From: an uncultured Chloroflexia bacterium | Lineage (GTDB): Bacteria > Chloroflexota > Limnocylindria > Limnocylindrales > CSP1-4 | Direction: 5' to 3' | Assembly: GCA_963763775.1 (NCBI GenBank) | Contig: CAVXPZ010000003.1 | Location: 320,001-384,000 of the forward strand | DNA length: 64,000 nucleotides | Part shown: positions 43,153 to 55,436 of the stretch, one piece after another | How positions within the stretch are numbered: the stretch's first letter is position 1 | Layout: every line of letters starts with the position of its first letter | Program-made: the position numbers and the translations under genes | Notes under the pieces: model-generated | Database searches by the model: none | What the model saw: the letters and a program-made list of their open reading frames with translations, nothing else | What the model was told of the DNA's origin: nothing

Positions 43153-44333
43153 GGCGCCACGTTCTTGTAGAGCTGCGCCGTGGTCGCTGCCGGCCGCGTT
43201 CGTCACCGTCAAGGTGATCGTGTAGCCGCCCGCCTGGTCGTAGGTGTGCGGACCCGGGACCTTGTCCGGTGTCGCTGCTCCCGTCACCGAAGTCCCAGGC
43301 GTAACTGGTCGCGTCCGTCGAGCCGGAGCCGTTGCACGTCACGGTCAGCGCATCGACCGAGCACGACAGGAAGGCCACTGGTTGCGGGAGCGGCGTCGGC
43401 GTGGGCTTCGGGGTCGGCTTGGGCTTCGGGGTGGGCTTCGGCGTTGGCTTGCGGGGTCGGCGCCGGGCGTCACCACGGGGCGCAGGCGTCGGGCGAGGTG
43501 TCGCCCTGCGCGGCGCCTTGGCGGTCGGCTTCGGCGTGGGCGTCGGGTCGACGGCGACCTCGCTCGGCACGACGGCGATCGGCGTCGCGCTCGGGTCCTC
43601 CGATCGGCGCGGCGGGCGGGTCGACGGCGATCGGCACGCACTCGCGCTGGGCGAGGCGGGCGCATCGCTCGGGGCCTCGGTGATGATGCCTCGGGGTCGC
43701 GGTCTCCGCCAGGACCTCGCCCTGGGTCTTGCCGGGCATGACGTTGATCGCGATGAACAGGACGGCCGCGAGGCCGACGAGGGCGGCGGCGGTGTCGCGC
43801 CAGAGGCGGCGGCGGTCGGCGGGTCGGCGGCGTCGCGCGGACGACCTTCGAAAGGCCGGTCGTCGTCCCGGCGACGACGAGGCGGGTCGGACTGGGTCGG
43901 CGTCGGCGCGCGGCGGGCGTCGCTGCGGAGTCGTCCCGGCGCTCAGGATCGGCGTCGCACCCACGACGCCGATCCGATGCTCCAGGACGTTCTGGTCGAC
44001 GAAACCGACTTCGGTCTCGATCGGCACCTCGCCGTCGTGCGGCCGGTCACGCGGTCGGATCGCCGCCATCGCCGCCGACCCGCGAACGATGTCCCCGAGA
44101 CCGCGGCGCGGCGCCGTCATCGGCGCGGTCGTCTGGACCGTGACCGCGGCCGGCGCCTCGCTCGGTTCGATCTCGGTGTACGGACTCTCGTCGACGTCGG
44201 CGACGCCGCGGCGACGCGCGTCGAGGCGGCTGATCCCGCGTGCGAGCAGGAGCAGCAGCGATGCCGCGATCAGCACCGACATGGCAACGAGCAGGTAGGT
44301 CTGGAGACTCAAATCGCCCTCAGGTAGTACCAC
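43149..44333 (-). CDS. Membrane protein with Pro/Thr/Lys-rich linker and C-terminal PKD domain, frameshifted
   Basis: Two hydrophobic segments, (PTPK)n linker, CNGSGSTDATSYAWDFGDG PKD motif. Confidence 0.65.
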
Positions 44334-44693
44334 GGTAACCCCGACCAGTGGTACGCAGGTCCGGATGCTAGCACCGCCCCCAGCGGAGGCCTATCGGCCC
44401 ATTCCGCACCGGAGTACACCCATCCGATGAAGATGGTGCAGGGAATCGCCGGAATCCGCTGCCGGACCGGTCCGACGGGTCGTCCGGTTGCCTGTCAGGC
44501 AATATCGACGGGCGAGATCCGGCCGAAGCCGGACCTGGCTGCTCCGGCCCAGCCGTTGTCTGTCGGGCAGCGATCGCCGGTCGAAGGTCGGGGCGCAGCC
44601 TCTCTTGGCGACCCTGCGCCGGTCCCAGAGCCTGTCGATGAACTCGGGATCCTTGACCGGCGGGCTGTGGGTGCGGAAGATCGGCGCGTGAGG

Positions 44694-45230
44694 ATGCGCT
44701 TCCATACCGCCGGGATCGGCCTGCTGATGGTGTCGATCTCCGTCGCGGCCTGCTGGCAGGTAGATCGCTTCACGGGTGCCTACGTCAACAACTACACGGA
44801 GACGCCGATCACCATCGCCGTTGTGAACGATGGGCGTCGTCAGGGGGTGCTCACAGAGCCCATTCCGCCCGGGGCGTCAATCACCATCGGCAGCTACAGC
44901 GACGGGTGTTCCGACGTCTTGCTGGTCGCGCTTGACCCTTCTGGCACTGAGGTTGCCCGCCGCGACAAGATGTGCGCCGGTGACTACTGGGACATCGGGC
45001 CTCGGCCGAGCGGGCCCGTCAGGCGCTCGTCGAGCCCCCGCGCGGCGTCGTCGGCGGCGTCCTCGGACTCGTACGAGTCGGCTTCGAGCTCCTCGGGCCG
45101 GCGGAGGGCGCCCCGGGTCGGGATGAACAGGACCAGCCCGAAGGCCAGGAAGACGCCGATGAACGCGTACAGCTGGTCGACGCCGGACAGGGCGAGCGCG
45201 AGGATCGCCAGGGTCAGGCAGATCCCGTAG
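44694..45230 (+). CDS. Putative lipoprotein (3' end uncertain)
   Basis: MRFHTAGIGLLMVSISVAAC lipobox-like; atypical codons; runs antisense into the wecA-like gene. Confidence 0.45.
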   Translation: MRFHTAGIGLLMVSISVAACWQVDRFTGAYVNNYTETPITIAVVNDGRRQGVLTEPIPPGASITIGSYSDGCSDVLLVALDPSGTEVARRDKMCAGDYWDIGPRPSGPVRRSSSPRAASSAASSDSYESASSSSGRRRAPRVGMNRTSPKARKTPMNAYSWSTPDRASARIARVRQIP

Positions 45231-46160
45231 ATCACGAACACGGTCTGGCGGTGCGACAGCCCCAGGTCCAGGAGCCGGTGGTGGATGTGGCCGCGGTCCG
45301 GGCTGAACGGCGATCGGCCCTGCGACACCCGCCGAACGATGATCCAGAACGTGTCGATGATCGGCACGCCCAGCACCAGGAGCGCCACCGCGACCTTGGC
45401 CGTCCCCAGGATCGAGAGCAGGGCGAGCGTGTAGCCGACGAACATCACGCCGCTCGTGCCGATGAAGATCGAGGCCGGGTGGAGGTTCCAGCGCAGGAAC
45501 CCCAGCAGCGCGCCGGCGAGGATGAAGCACAGGACCGCGATCAGCGGCTGGTTCACCCCGGTGGTGAGGCTGATCAGCCCCAGCGTCACCGCGGCGATGA
45601 AGGCGATGCCGGACGACAGGCCGTCGAGCCCGTCGATGAAGTTGATGCTGTTGATCATCCCCACGATCCAGAAGACCGTGAAGCCCAGGGCGATCGCGCC
45701 TTCGAAGCGGATGATCCCCGGCCCGAACGGGTTCGCCACGAACCCGATGTTGATGCCGAGCACGACGGCGAAGAGCCCGAGCGCGACCTGGCCGACGAGC
45801 TGCCAGCGGGCGCGCAGGTCGAGGAGGTCGTCGATGCCGCCGATCGCGGCAGCAGCCGCGCCGCCGAGCAGCAGAGCGACGAGCTGACTCTGCCGGAGCG
45901 GGATGAACAGCTCGATCGTCGCCGAGTTGATGAGCAGGAACGCGATGGCGACCACGAGGAACGCCGCCGCGACGGCGATGCCGCCGCGCGCGCGGGATCG
46001 GCGCCGTGTTGACGCGGCGCGCTTCCGGACGGTCGACCAGGTCGAACCGGAGGACCACCCGGCGGACGAGCGGGGTCAGCGCGAGGGCGATGGCGGCGGC
46101 CGCGATGAAGCTCAGGACGATCGGGACCAGCGCGTCGCCGAGACTCGGGATGAAGCTCAT
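44984..46160 (-). CDS. WecA/TagO (MraY-like, Glycos_transf_4) polyprenyl-P HexNAc-1-P transferase, frameshift near 45990
   Basis: D.P..RRV...[39 protein letters not shown]. Confidence 0.88.
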
Positions 46161-46221
46161 CGCACCACGTGAGGGGTCGTGACGGCGAACGAGGAGGGCG
46201 GATCGATCGAGCGGTCCCGCC

Positions 46222-47551
<1,330 letters not shown>

Positions 47552-47669
47552 GGCTGGCCGACTCCTTCCTGCCGGTGCCGTGGTTGGCCGTGGCCCGGTG
47601 CCCGGGACCCGGAGCCCTCGACCGAGGCCGGCATGCCGGCGGCTATCTTCCCACGAACGCCGACCGCCG

Positions 47670-48917
47670 CTACTTCCAGGGCGTGGGCAGATGCGTCAGC
47701 GGTTCGCGGTCCGGCAGCACGTCGGTCTGCAGCGCAGGGTCCGCCGCCGGCACGTAGCGAGGCTCGAGCCCGAGCTCCTTCAGGACGAGGTTCCTCGCCT
47801 GCGCGATCGCGGTCGCCTTGTAGAACGCGATGGTGCGGCTGAACCCCTGCCGGCCGAAGCCGCAGTCGCTGGACAGGATCAGCTTGTCGGCCGGGATCAC
47901 GTCCATCGCGCGCCGCACCCGCCCGGCCACGACCGGCGCCATGTCGGCCTGGAGTGTCCGGTGGTTCACGACGCCGACGGCGACCTTCTTCTTGAGCCGG
48001 TCCGCGTACGGCTTGAACAGGTCGATCTCGGCGAAGTCGTTCTCGGTCATCTCGACGGTCCACACGTCGCCCTTCAGGCGCTCGAGGTAGATCTCGATCG
48101 AGTTCGCGTACGACTCGCCGGTGTAGACCTTCTGCATGTTCGGGTTGCCCCAGCAGGTGTGGATCCACAGCTCGACGTCGTCGAGACCTTCGACCTCGTG
48201 GTTGAACGCGTCGACGAGGAAGTCGAGCAACTCGGTCTCCTCGGGGTAGAAGCACGCGACGAAGTGGATCGTCGGCTCCTCGATCTGGATCACCTTGGCC
48301 CCGGCCGCCGCGAGCTGGCGGAGCTCGAGGTTCATCGCGCCGGCCATGTCCCAGATCAGCTGCTTCTTGTCCTGGAGGTCGTACTCGGACGTGTGGCTGT
48401 CGAGGAAGATCGAGAGGACCTGGGACGAGCAGGTCCCGAACTTGACGGGCTTGCCCGAGGCCGCGCGGGCCTGGGCGATCCGCCAGAGCTTCGCGTACTC
48501 GAGCGGGTTGCGAGGGTCGGCCTCGACCTTGCCGACGACGCGCGGCCAGCGCCACGTGGTCTCGATCTCGTTCATCAGCGTGCCGGGCGGGAACTCCAGG
48601 AGACGGTCGCGCGAACCCTCGTACTGGAGCTCCTCGTGCTCGAAGCCCTTCCAGCGCTGGAGCGGGTAGTGGTGCCACGAGCGGCCGGCGAAGTCCTCGT
48701 CGAGGTGATAGTCGCCATTCGTGAGGATGTCGAGTCCGGCCCGCTCCTGATCGGCGATCACGGTCGAGTGCGCATCGAGGAACTGCTCACGGAAGTGCAC
48801 GTCGAGCAGGGCCGTGTCGAGCGGCCGACCCCAGAGGCCGCCGTCGTACCAGCGCGGCCGCGGCCACGAGCCGGTGACGGTGGCCGGGAGCATCAGGTCC
48901 TTGGTGGCCGTGAGCAT
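47670..48917 (-). CDS. Single-barrel cobalamin-independent methionine synthase II family protein (MetE-like)
   Basis: [31 protein letters not shown] (Zn HxC), SSDCGF. Confidence 0.85.
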   Translation of the reverse strand: MLTATKDLMLPATVTGSWPRPRWYDGGLWGRPLDTALLDVHFREQFLDAHSTVIADQERAGLDILTNGDYHLDEDFAGRSWHHYPLQRWKGFEHEELQYEGSRDRLLEFPPGTLMNEIETTWRWPRVVGKVEADPRNPLEYAKLWRIAQARAASGKPVKFGTCSSQVLSIFLDSHTSEYDLQDKKQLIWDMAGAMNLELRQLAAAGAKVIQIEEPTIHFVACFYPEETELLDFLVDAFNHEVEGLDDVELWIHTCWGNPNMQKVYTGESYANSIEIYLERLKGDVWTVEMTENDFAEIDLFKPYADRLKKKVAVGVVNHRTLQADMAPVVAGRVRRAMDVIPADKLILSSDCGFGRQGFSRTIAFYKATAIAQARNLVLKELGLEPRYVPAADPALQTDVLPDREPLTHLPTPWK

Positions 48918-49005
48918 CGCGCGTGCGCCTCCTGATCGAGATGCGGTGGAGTGTCGATGCTACCGGCGGGCGGCGCTGCTCGCGCACTGACGGCGCGGTC
49001 TCGGG

Positions 49006-49482
49006 TCAGCGGATGGGCGCGGAGTCCGTGCAGACCGGGTCGGGCACGAGCGGGATCGGATCACCCGGCTGTATGTCGTCGTACTGCATGGAGACGCGCC
49101 CCTTCGAGAGGGAGGCACCCCCCGCCGGGACGACGACGTCGCACCAGAAGCTGGTGGCGGCGGTCGCCGGTGTCCCGCGTCGAAGACGGACCCGCACCTG
49201 GTCCTGTCCCCCGTCCAGGACGATGTTCAGGAGATTCGGGTCGTAGTAGTCCACCGCGACGATGAGGTCCGACCCCGATGCCCGGATCCGGTCGGCGACG
49301 CCGGCGGCCGGCCAGAGGGACCGCCGGATCCCGTTCCAGGCGCCGATGACGCACACGACGAGGAGGATCAGCAGCAGGAGCCATCGTCGCCAGGTCATCC
49401 GCCGACGCCCCTCCGGCCGCGGGACGCCCCACGCACCGTGTTCCTGGCCCGGCGTCGGATCGGTCGCCATGGCGACCATCAT
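49006..49482 (-). CDS. Hypothetical single-TM protein
   Basis: RRWLLLLILLVVCVIGAW anchor followed by a ~100-aa domain; no family recognised. Confidence 0.5.
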   Translation of the reverse strand: MMVAMATDPTPGQEHGAWGVPRPEGRRRMTWRRWLLLLILLVVCVIGAWNGIRRSLWPAAGVADRIRASGSDLIVAVDYYDPNLLNIVLDGGQDQVRVRLRRGTPATAATSFWCDVVVPAGGASLSKGRVSMQYDDIQPGDPIPLVPDPVCTDSAPIR

Positions 49483-49518
49483 GCGCCTGGCAGGTCGCCG
49501 CGGCGTCCGCTGCCTGTC

Positions 49519-50169
49519 CTAGTCGATGTCAGTGGCGAGGCCAGCCGCGGCGAGCGCCTCGGCGAGCCGCGATCGCGGGATGGCTCCCTCACGCACGATC
49601 CTCGGCCGTTCGCCGGACACGTCCACGACCGTCGAGGCCGGGCCGCCGCGAGCCGGGCCGCCGTCAAGGATCAGGTCGATCTCCGCGCCGAGGAGCGCGA
49701 GGATCTCGTCCGCCGTGCGCGGCCTCGGGCTGGCCGGACACGTTGGCCGAGGTGACCGGCATCGGTCCGAGCGCGCGGGCGAGGGCGCGCGGGGCCGGAT
49801 GGTCCGGCACCCGGACGCCGATCGTGGTGGCGCCGCCGGTGAGTGCCTCTGGCAGCGCGATCCCGGCGTCGCTGCGCGAGCACGAGCGTCAGGCCGCCCG
49901 GCCAGAGGGCGGCCGCGAGCGCGCGCGCCGCCGGTGTCAGCACGCCCGAGCTCGCCGGCCTGCTCGACATCGCCGATGAGCAGCGCGATCCCCTTCTCGA
50001 GCGGCCGGTGTTTCACGTGGAACAGTCGCTCGATGCCACCGGGCGTGGCCAGCGAGACGCCGATCCCGTAGACCGTGTCGGTCGGGATCGCCACGACCCC
50101 ACCGGCGCGCAGCGCCTCGATGGCCAGCGCGCGCCCGTCGGCGTCGTCCGGGACGACCCGCGCGGTCAT
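49519..50169 (-). CDS. tsaC: L-threonylcarbamoyladenylate synthase (YrdC/Sua5), frameshifted
   Basis: GGVVAIPTDTVYG, K.RP..K, WPGGLTLVL, ASTVVD, REGAI. Confidence 0.9.
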   Translation of the reverse strand: MTARVVPDDADGRALAIEALRAGGVVAIPTDTVYGIGVSLATPGGIERLFHVKHRPLEKGIALLIGDVEQAGELGRADTGGARARGRPLAGRPDARARAATPGSRCQRHSPAAPPRSASGCRTIRPRAPSPARSDRCRSPRPTCPASPRPRTADEILALLGAEIDLILDGGPARGGPASTVVDVSGERPRIVREGAIPRSRLAEALAAAGLATDID

Positions 50170-51065
50170 GACGCGGCCCGGAGCGCCATCGCTTCCTCGG
50201 CCAGACGCCGTGACAGCGCCAGGGCTCGCGCCGGATCGGCGAGGGCGAGACCTTCGATGAGCTGCGCGACGCCCTCGTCCTCGAGCGGCGGCGCCACGTA
50301 CCGTGCGGCCGCCTTCACGGCGGCCGGTGCGGTCGGCATCGCGGCGCCGTGGCCGACCTCGGCGAGCATCTCCAGGTCGTTCCACTGGTCCCCGACGGCC
50401 AGCGTCGCGCCGAGCTGGACCCGCTGGCGACGGGCCAGGAACCGGACGGCTCGGCCCTTCGACGCGCCAGGGGCGACGAATTCGAGGAACCGAGGGTGGC
50501 TGATCGTCACGTCGGCACGCCCGGTGAACGCGGCGGCCGCGAGCGGCGCCATCTCGCTCGGGTACGGCGGCTCGCCGACGGCGAGCACCTTCGTGATCGG
50601 ATGGTCCGCGGCCTCGAGCAGGCTGGGCACGAACTCCGCGTGGGCGCCCATGAACGCCGAGTAGTCGTCGGCGCCCGGGTCCCCGGCCTGCAGGATGAAC
50701 CGCTCGAGGTGGTTCATGTGCGGCTCGAGCCCGTGATCCATCGACCACAGGACGATGTCGCGCGCCACACCGGCGGGCAGCGGTGTGTGCAGGAGGAGCC
50801 GGCCCAGCCGCGAGGAACCCGGCTCGGGCATCGCCCGGATGAGCGAGCCCTGGTACCCCACGATCGGGGCCGTCAGCCCCAGGTCGGTGGCGAACCGCAT
50901 CGCGCTCGACACCATCCGACCGGTCACGAGCGAGACGGCGATGCCGCGGGCCATGGCGTCGCGGATCGCGGCCTTCGTGCGATCGCCGATGACGAAGTCG
51001 TCGCCGATCAGCGTGCCGTCGATGTCGAGCGTGATCATCCGGATCGGCAGGAGCGGCTCGGTCAT
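50166..51065 (-). CDS. Cof-type HAD-IIB phosphatase
   Basis: LDIDGTL, VTGR, SKG.A, GDQWNDLEML. Confidence 0.92.
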   Translation of the reverse strand: MTEPLLPIRMITLDIDGTLIGDDFVIGDRTKAAIRDAMARGIAVSLVTGRMVSSAMRFATDLGLTAPIVGYQGSLIRAMPEPGSSRLGRLLLHTPLPAGVARDIVLWSMDHGLEPHMNHLERFILQAGDPGADDYSAFMGAHAEFVPSLLEAADHPITKVLAVGEPPYPSEMAPLAAAAFTGRADVTISHPRFLEFVAPGASKGRAVRFLARRQRVQLGATLAVGDQWNDLEMLAEVGHGAAMPTAPAAVKAAARYVAPPLEDEGVAQLIEGLALADPARALALSRRLAEEAMALRAAS

Positions 51066-52024
51066 CCGGGCCGCTCCGCAGGTGGTGTGCCGGAACCCGC
51101 CGGCCCGAAGCCGCCCGCCGCAGAGTCCGGCCCGCGGACGACCCGTGCCACCCGCGGCAGGCCGGCGAGGTCGCGCTCGACCACGCACGACCATCCGGGC
51201 AGGGTCGCCTGGACGAGCGCGACGATCGCGTCGCCCTGATCCGCCCCGATCTCGAGGAGCGCCACGCCACCCTCGGCGAGCCCGTCGGGCAGCCGCTCGA
51301 GCAGCCGGCCGATGACCTCGAGACCGTCCGCGCCTCCATCGAGCGCGAGCACCGGCTCGAACGAGGCCGCGACCGGGAGCTCCGGGACCACGTCGTGGCG
51401 GACGTACGGCAGGTTCGCGAGGACGAGGTCATACGGGTCGACGACGACCGGCGGGAGCAGGTCGGTCTCGAGGAAGCCCAGCCGGTCTGCAGCGGCATGT
51501 CCCACCGCGTTCTCGCGGGCGAGGTCCAATGCCTCGGCCGAGACGTCCGTGGCCAGGACAGTCATCTCGGCCTCGGCCCGGCGTCGCCGGAGGGCCACGA
51601 CCAGCGCGATGGCGATCGCGCCCGAGCCCGTCCCGACGTCGGCGACTCGGATCGGCGGCGAGCCGGCCGGGCGAGCCGCGGCGGCGAGCCGGCCCATGAC
51701 CTCGGCCTCGGCCAGCTCGACGAGCCGTTCCGTCTCGGGTCGTGGGATCAGCGCCCGACGGTCCACGGTGAAGGCCAGGCCGTAGAACTCCTTGATCCCG
51801 CGGATGTAGGCGACGGGCTCGCCGGTGACCCGTCGGGCGATCCCGGCTCGGTACGTCGCCTCGGCGTCGGCGCCCACCGGCGCCTCACTGTGCGCGACGA
51901 CGCCGGTCCGGTCGATCCCGATCGCGTGCCCGAGCAGCAGCTCCGCGTCGAGTCGCGGCGACTCGGAGCCGCTCGCGGTCAGCGCATCGGCGCCCTCGCG
52001 CAGCAGCTCCCCGACCGTGGTCAC
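51062..52024 (-). CDS. prmC: Release factor glutamine methyltransferase
   Basis: PRLDAELLL, GEPVAYI, LIPRPETE, DVGTGSGAI, NLPY, ALDGG.DGL. Fused to the upstream ORF only by a frameshift. Confidence 0.95.
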   Translation of the reverse strand: MTTVGELLREGADALTASGSESPRLDAELLLGHAIGIDRTGVVAHSEAPVGADAEATYRAGIARRVTGEPVAYIRGIKEFYGLAFTVDRRALIPRPETERLVELAEAEVMGRLAAAARPAGSPPIRVADVGTGSGAIAIALVVALRRRRAEAEMTVLATDVSAEALDLARENAVGHAAADRLGFLETDLLPPVVVDPYDLVLANLPYVRHDVVPELPVAASFEPVLALDGGADGLEVIGRLLERLPDGLAEGGVALLEIGADQGDAIVALVQATLPGWSCVVERDLAGLPRVARVVRGPDSAAGGFGPAGSGTPPAERPG

Positions 52025-54346
52025 AGGCGGATCGTGACGCCGATCTCGCCGACCTTGCGCAGGACCTCCGCGCTCGTGGTCCCGCGCCATCGATGGAACA
52101 GCAGGTCCACCGACGCCTCCCCGATCCGGAGGTTCGTGAGCGTGACCTTCCCGAGCCAGTCCGGCAGGTGCGGGTGCAGGAGTTCGAGTTCGGCGCGGTC
52201 GGCGTGCGGTCGGAGCCCGAGCATCGTGGCGAGGAACAGGAACGGGCTGCCGGCGGCCCACGCCTGCGGCGAGCAGGCCACGGGATATGGCACCGGAAGG
52301 TGGGCATCGTCGCGGTCGAACCCGCAGTACAGCTCGGGGAGGCGGTACTCCGGGAACCGCTGGGCCGCCTCCAGGACCTGGCTCGACCAGGCGGTTGGCC
52401 GCATCGTCGAACCCGTAGCGCTTCATCCCGGCCGCGATCAGCGACGTGTCGTGCGGCCAGACGGTCCCGGTGTGATAGCCGATCGGGTTGTACCCGGCCT
52501 GATCGGCGGCGTAGGTCCGGATGCCCCACCCGGACGACATCGTCGGCCCGAGCAGACGGTCGACCACGTCCTGCGCGCGTTCCGGGGCGACGATCCCGGT
52601 CCACAGGCATTGGCCGGCGTTCGAGCCGACGGCGTCGGCCGGTCGCTTGTCGCGGTCCAGGGCGAGCGCGTAGTAGCGCTGGTCCTCGACCCAGAACGCG
52701 GCCTCGAACCGGTCCTGGAGCAAGGAGGCATCGCGATCGAGGCGGTCGGCGAGCTCGCCCTCGCCGCGGATCCTGGCCAGCCCGGCCATGCGCCGCTTGG
52801 CGGCGAACACGTAGCCCTGGACCTCCGCGAGGGCGATCGGCGGGACGGCCTGGTTGCCGTCCCGGTCGCGGATCGCGTCGCTCGAGTCCTTCCAGCCCTG
52901 GTTGAGGAGGCCTCCGTCGGTCCGCCGCTCGTACTCGACGAACCCGTCGCCGTCGCGGTCGCCGTACCGGTCGATCCAGTCGAGCGCGGCCAGCGCGTTG
53001 GGCCACAGGCGGTCGACGAGGGCGCGATCGCCGGTCCAGTCGTAGGTCTCGCCGAGCAGGATCAGCCACAGGGGCGTCGAATCCACCGAGCCGTAGTACG
53101 GGGTGTGCGGCAACTCCCCGCTCCCGGCCATCTCGCCGGTCCGAAGCTCGTGCAGGATCTTGCCCGGCTCCGCGTCCCGATCGGGGTCCATGGCCGTGGC
53201 CTGGTGCGCGGCCAGCACGGTCAGGGCCTCGACGGCGATCTGCGGGCGGAACGCGACGGATTGGAGCGCGGTGATGAGCGAGTCGCGGCCGAACAGCGTC
53301 GTGAACCATGGCACGCCCGCGGCGACGTACCGCTCACCGGCGTCGGGGCCCTCGTTCACGAGGAGCCGGAGGTCCGCCACGGACCGCTCGACGACGAGGT
53401 TGAACAGCTCGTGGTCGCTCGAGATCGTGGTCGTGCCGCGCTCCCAGGCGTGGTAGGCCGCGGCGCCCTCGTCCGCCGAGACGCGCGGAGCCTCGGGAAA
53501 GAGGTCGGCCGTGTCCACGTTGCCCGCCCCCCCGGCGGTCGCGGTCCGCGCGGTCCCGGTCGTTCCGGCGGCGTCCGCTCCATCCTCGGGGATCGCCCCG
53601 ATCGTCTCCCAGACGACCCAGCGCAGCTCCCCGGCCTCGCCCGGCCCGAGCGTGAACGACCACCGGAACCGGACGGTCGCCCCACTGTCGATCGGGTCGG
53701 CCGCTTCGACCTCGGCCGCGACCGGCTCGACGGCCACGGCCTCCTCGGAGAACGCGAGGTGCGTGGCCCGACGGCGCCCGTCCAGGCCGTCGTACCGGAA
53801 CGTCAGGCGGTCCGTCGTCGCGGCGACCGGAAGCAGCGTGCCGCGACTCCGCCTCGGGTACCCGCGGACCTCGAAGATATCCGCGGCATCGAACCCGAAT
53901 TCGAGATCGACCGCGATGGTCTCGACCCGCGAGGCGTGGTTGACGATCTTGACCCGCTCCTCGAGCGCATCCGCCGAGATGAGCCGGTCGCGGGAGATCC
54001 CGATCGTGCGTCCGACGAGCGCGTCGGCCGGGTGGACCTTCGCGTCGGGGTTGCGATCGGCGGTCGGGTTCGTGAGCTGGATGCTCCCCCGGTAGTTGCC
54101 GCCCGCCGATCCCTGCAGCAGCACCGGGCGGTCGCCGCCGACGCGCAGGACGGAGCACGACAGGGTCCGGGTGTCCCCGGCGTACAACCCGAGGCCCCGC
54201 GAGTCGGGGTGGATGTCCCCGAACGGGTCGGTCAGGAGGAAGACGTTGCCGTGCTTGAGGACCTGGACGGAGCCGAGGTCCGTCGCCCGGACGATCGGCC
54301 GATCGCGGGCCTCGATGAACCGGACGTCGAGCGTCTCAGGCGGCAT
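52021..54346 (-). CDS. Amylo-alpha-1,6-glucosidase / GDE family glycoside hydrolase, frameshift near 52385
   Basis: AAGVPWFTTLFGRDSLI, EPGKILHE, YYGSVDSTPL, NQGWKDS, YHTGTVWPHD, LPELYCG, ACSPQAWAAG. Confidence 0.9.
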
Positions 54347-55436
54347 CGTCGGCGCCGGTCAGCGCACCCAGGCGGTCGGCCTGATCCGCCATCTGGAGCG
54401 CATCGATGAGGTCGTCGAGGTCCCCGTCGAGGACGCCCGGCAGGTTGTGCACGGTCTTGCCGATCCGGTGGTCCGTGACGCGGTCCTGCGGGTAGTTGTA
54501 CGTGCGGACCTTGTCGCTGCGATCGCCCGATCCGACCATCAGCCGCCGTGCCGCGGAGCCGGCCTCTCGCTGCTTCTGCAGCTCCATGTCGTAGAGACGT
54601 GAGCGCAGCACGGACATCGCCTTGGCCTTGTTCTTGTGCTGGCTCTTCTCGTCCTGGATCTCGACGACCAGCCCGGTCGGCAGGTGCGTGATGCGCACGG
54701 CCGAGTCGGTGGTGTTGACGGACTGGCCGCCCGGCCCCGACGAGCGCTTCACGTCGATGCGGAGATCGCGCTCCTCGTCGATCGCGACCTCGACCTCGTC
54801 GGCCTCGGGCATCACCACGACCGTCGCGGTCGAGGTGTGGATCCGGCCCGACGACTCGGTCGCGGGGATCCGCTGGACGCGATGGACGCCGCCCTCGAAC
54901 TTGAGGCGGCTGTACGCACCGTCGCCGTGGATCTGGACGATGGCTTCCTTGATGCCTTCGATGCCGGTCTCGTTGAGGTTCAGGATCTCCGGCGTGAACC
55001 GATGGCGCGCGGCGTAGCGCAGGTACATGCGATGGAGTTCCGCGGCGAACAGGGCGGCCTCCTCCCCGCCGGCGCCGGCCCGGATCTCCAGGATCACGTC
55101 GCGGTCGTCGTTGGGGTCGCGCGGCAGCAGCAGGACCTTGAGGTCCTCGAGGAGCGCGGTTTCCCTCGCCTCGAGCGCGGTGATCTCGTCGCGGACCATC
55201 GCCTTCATCTCGTCGTCGGCGTCACCCGCGTCGCGCAGCTCGCGGGCCCCGGCGAGTTCGGCCCGCGTGGCCTCGAGCGCGCGGTAGGCCTCCACCACCG
55301 GCTCGAGACGCGACAACTCGCGACCCAATCGGCGGATCTCCGACGGGTCGGCGGATACCTCGGGGCGGGCCAGGTCGGCCTGGACGTCGTCGTACTGCCG
55401 GGCGACCTCCGCGAGCTTGCCGTCGAGGTCGCTCAT
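54336..55436 (-). CDS. prfA: Peptide chain release factor 1
   Basis: [19 protein letters not shown] (PxT), GGQ, RTYNYPQ. Confidence 0.97.
   Translation of the reverse strand: MSDLDGKLAEVARQYDDVQADLARPEVSADPSEIRRLGRELSRLEPVVEAYRALEATRAELAGARELRDAGDADDEMKAMVRDEITALEARETALLEDLKVLLLPRDPNDDRDVILEIRAGAGGEEAALFAAELHRMYLRYAARHRFTPEILNLNETGIEGIKEAIVQIHGDGAYSRLKFEGGVHRVQRIPATESSGRIHTSTATVVVMPEADEVEVAIDEERDLRIDVKRSSGPGGQSVNTTDSAVRITHLPTGLVVEIQDEKSQHKNKAKAMSVLRSRLYDMELQKQREAGSAARRLMVGSGDRSDKVRTYNYPQDRVTDHRIGKTVHNLPGVLDGDLDDLIDALQMADQADRLGALTGADDAA

Noticed and set aside
47552-47669. ZTP riboswitch upstream of glyA (and SAM riboswitch upstream of the MetE-like gene)
   Set aside because: Consensus elements not found and the spacers are short.
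51062-54346. 1094-aa glucosidase-PrmC fusion
   Set aside because: The glucosidase C-terminus lies in ORF 52021..52404 with its own stop; prmC starts at an overlapping GTG.
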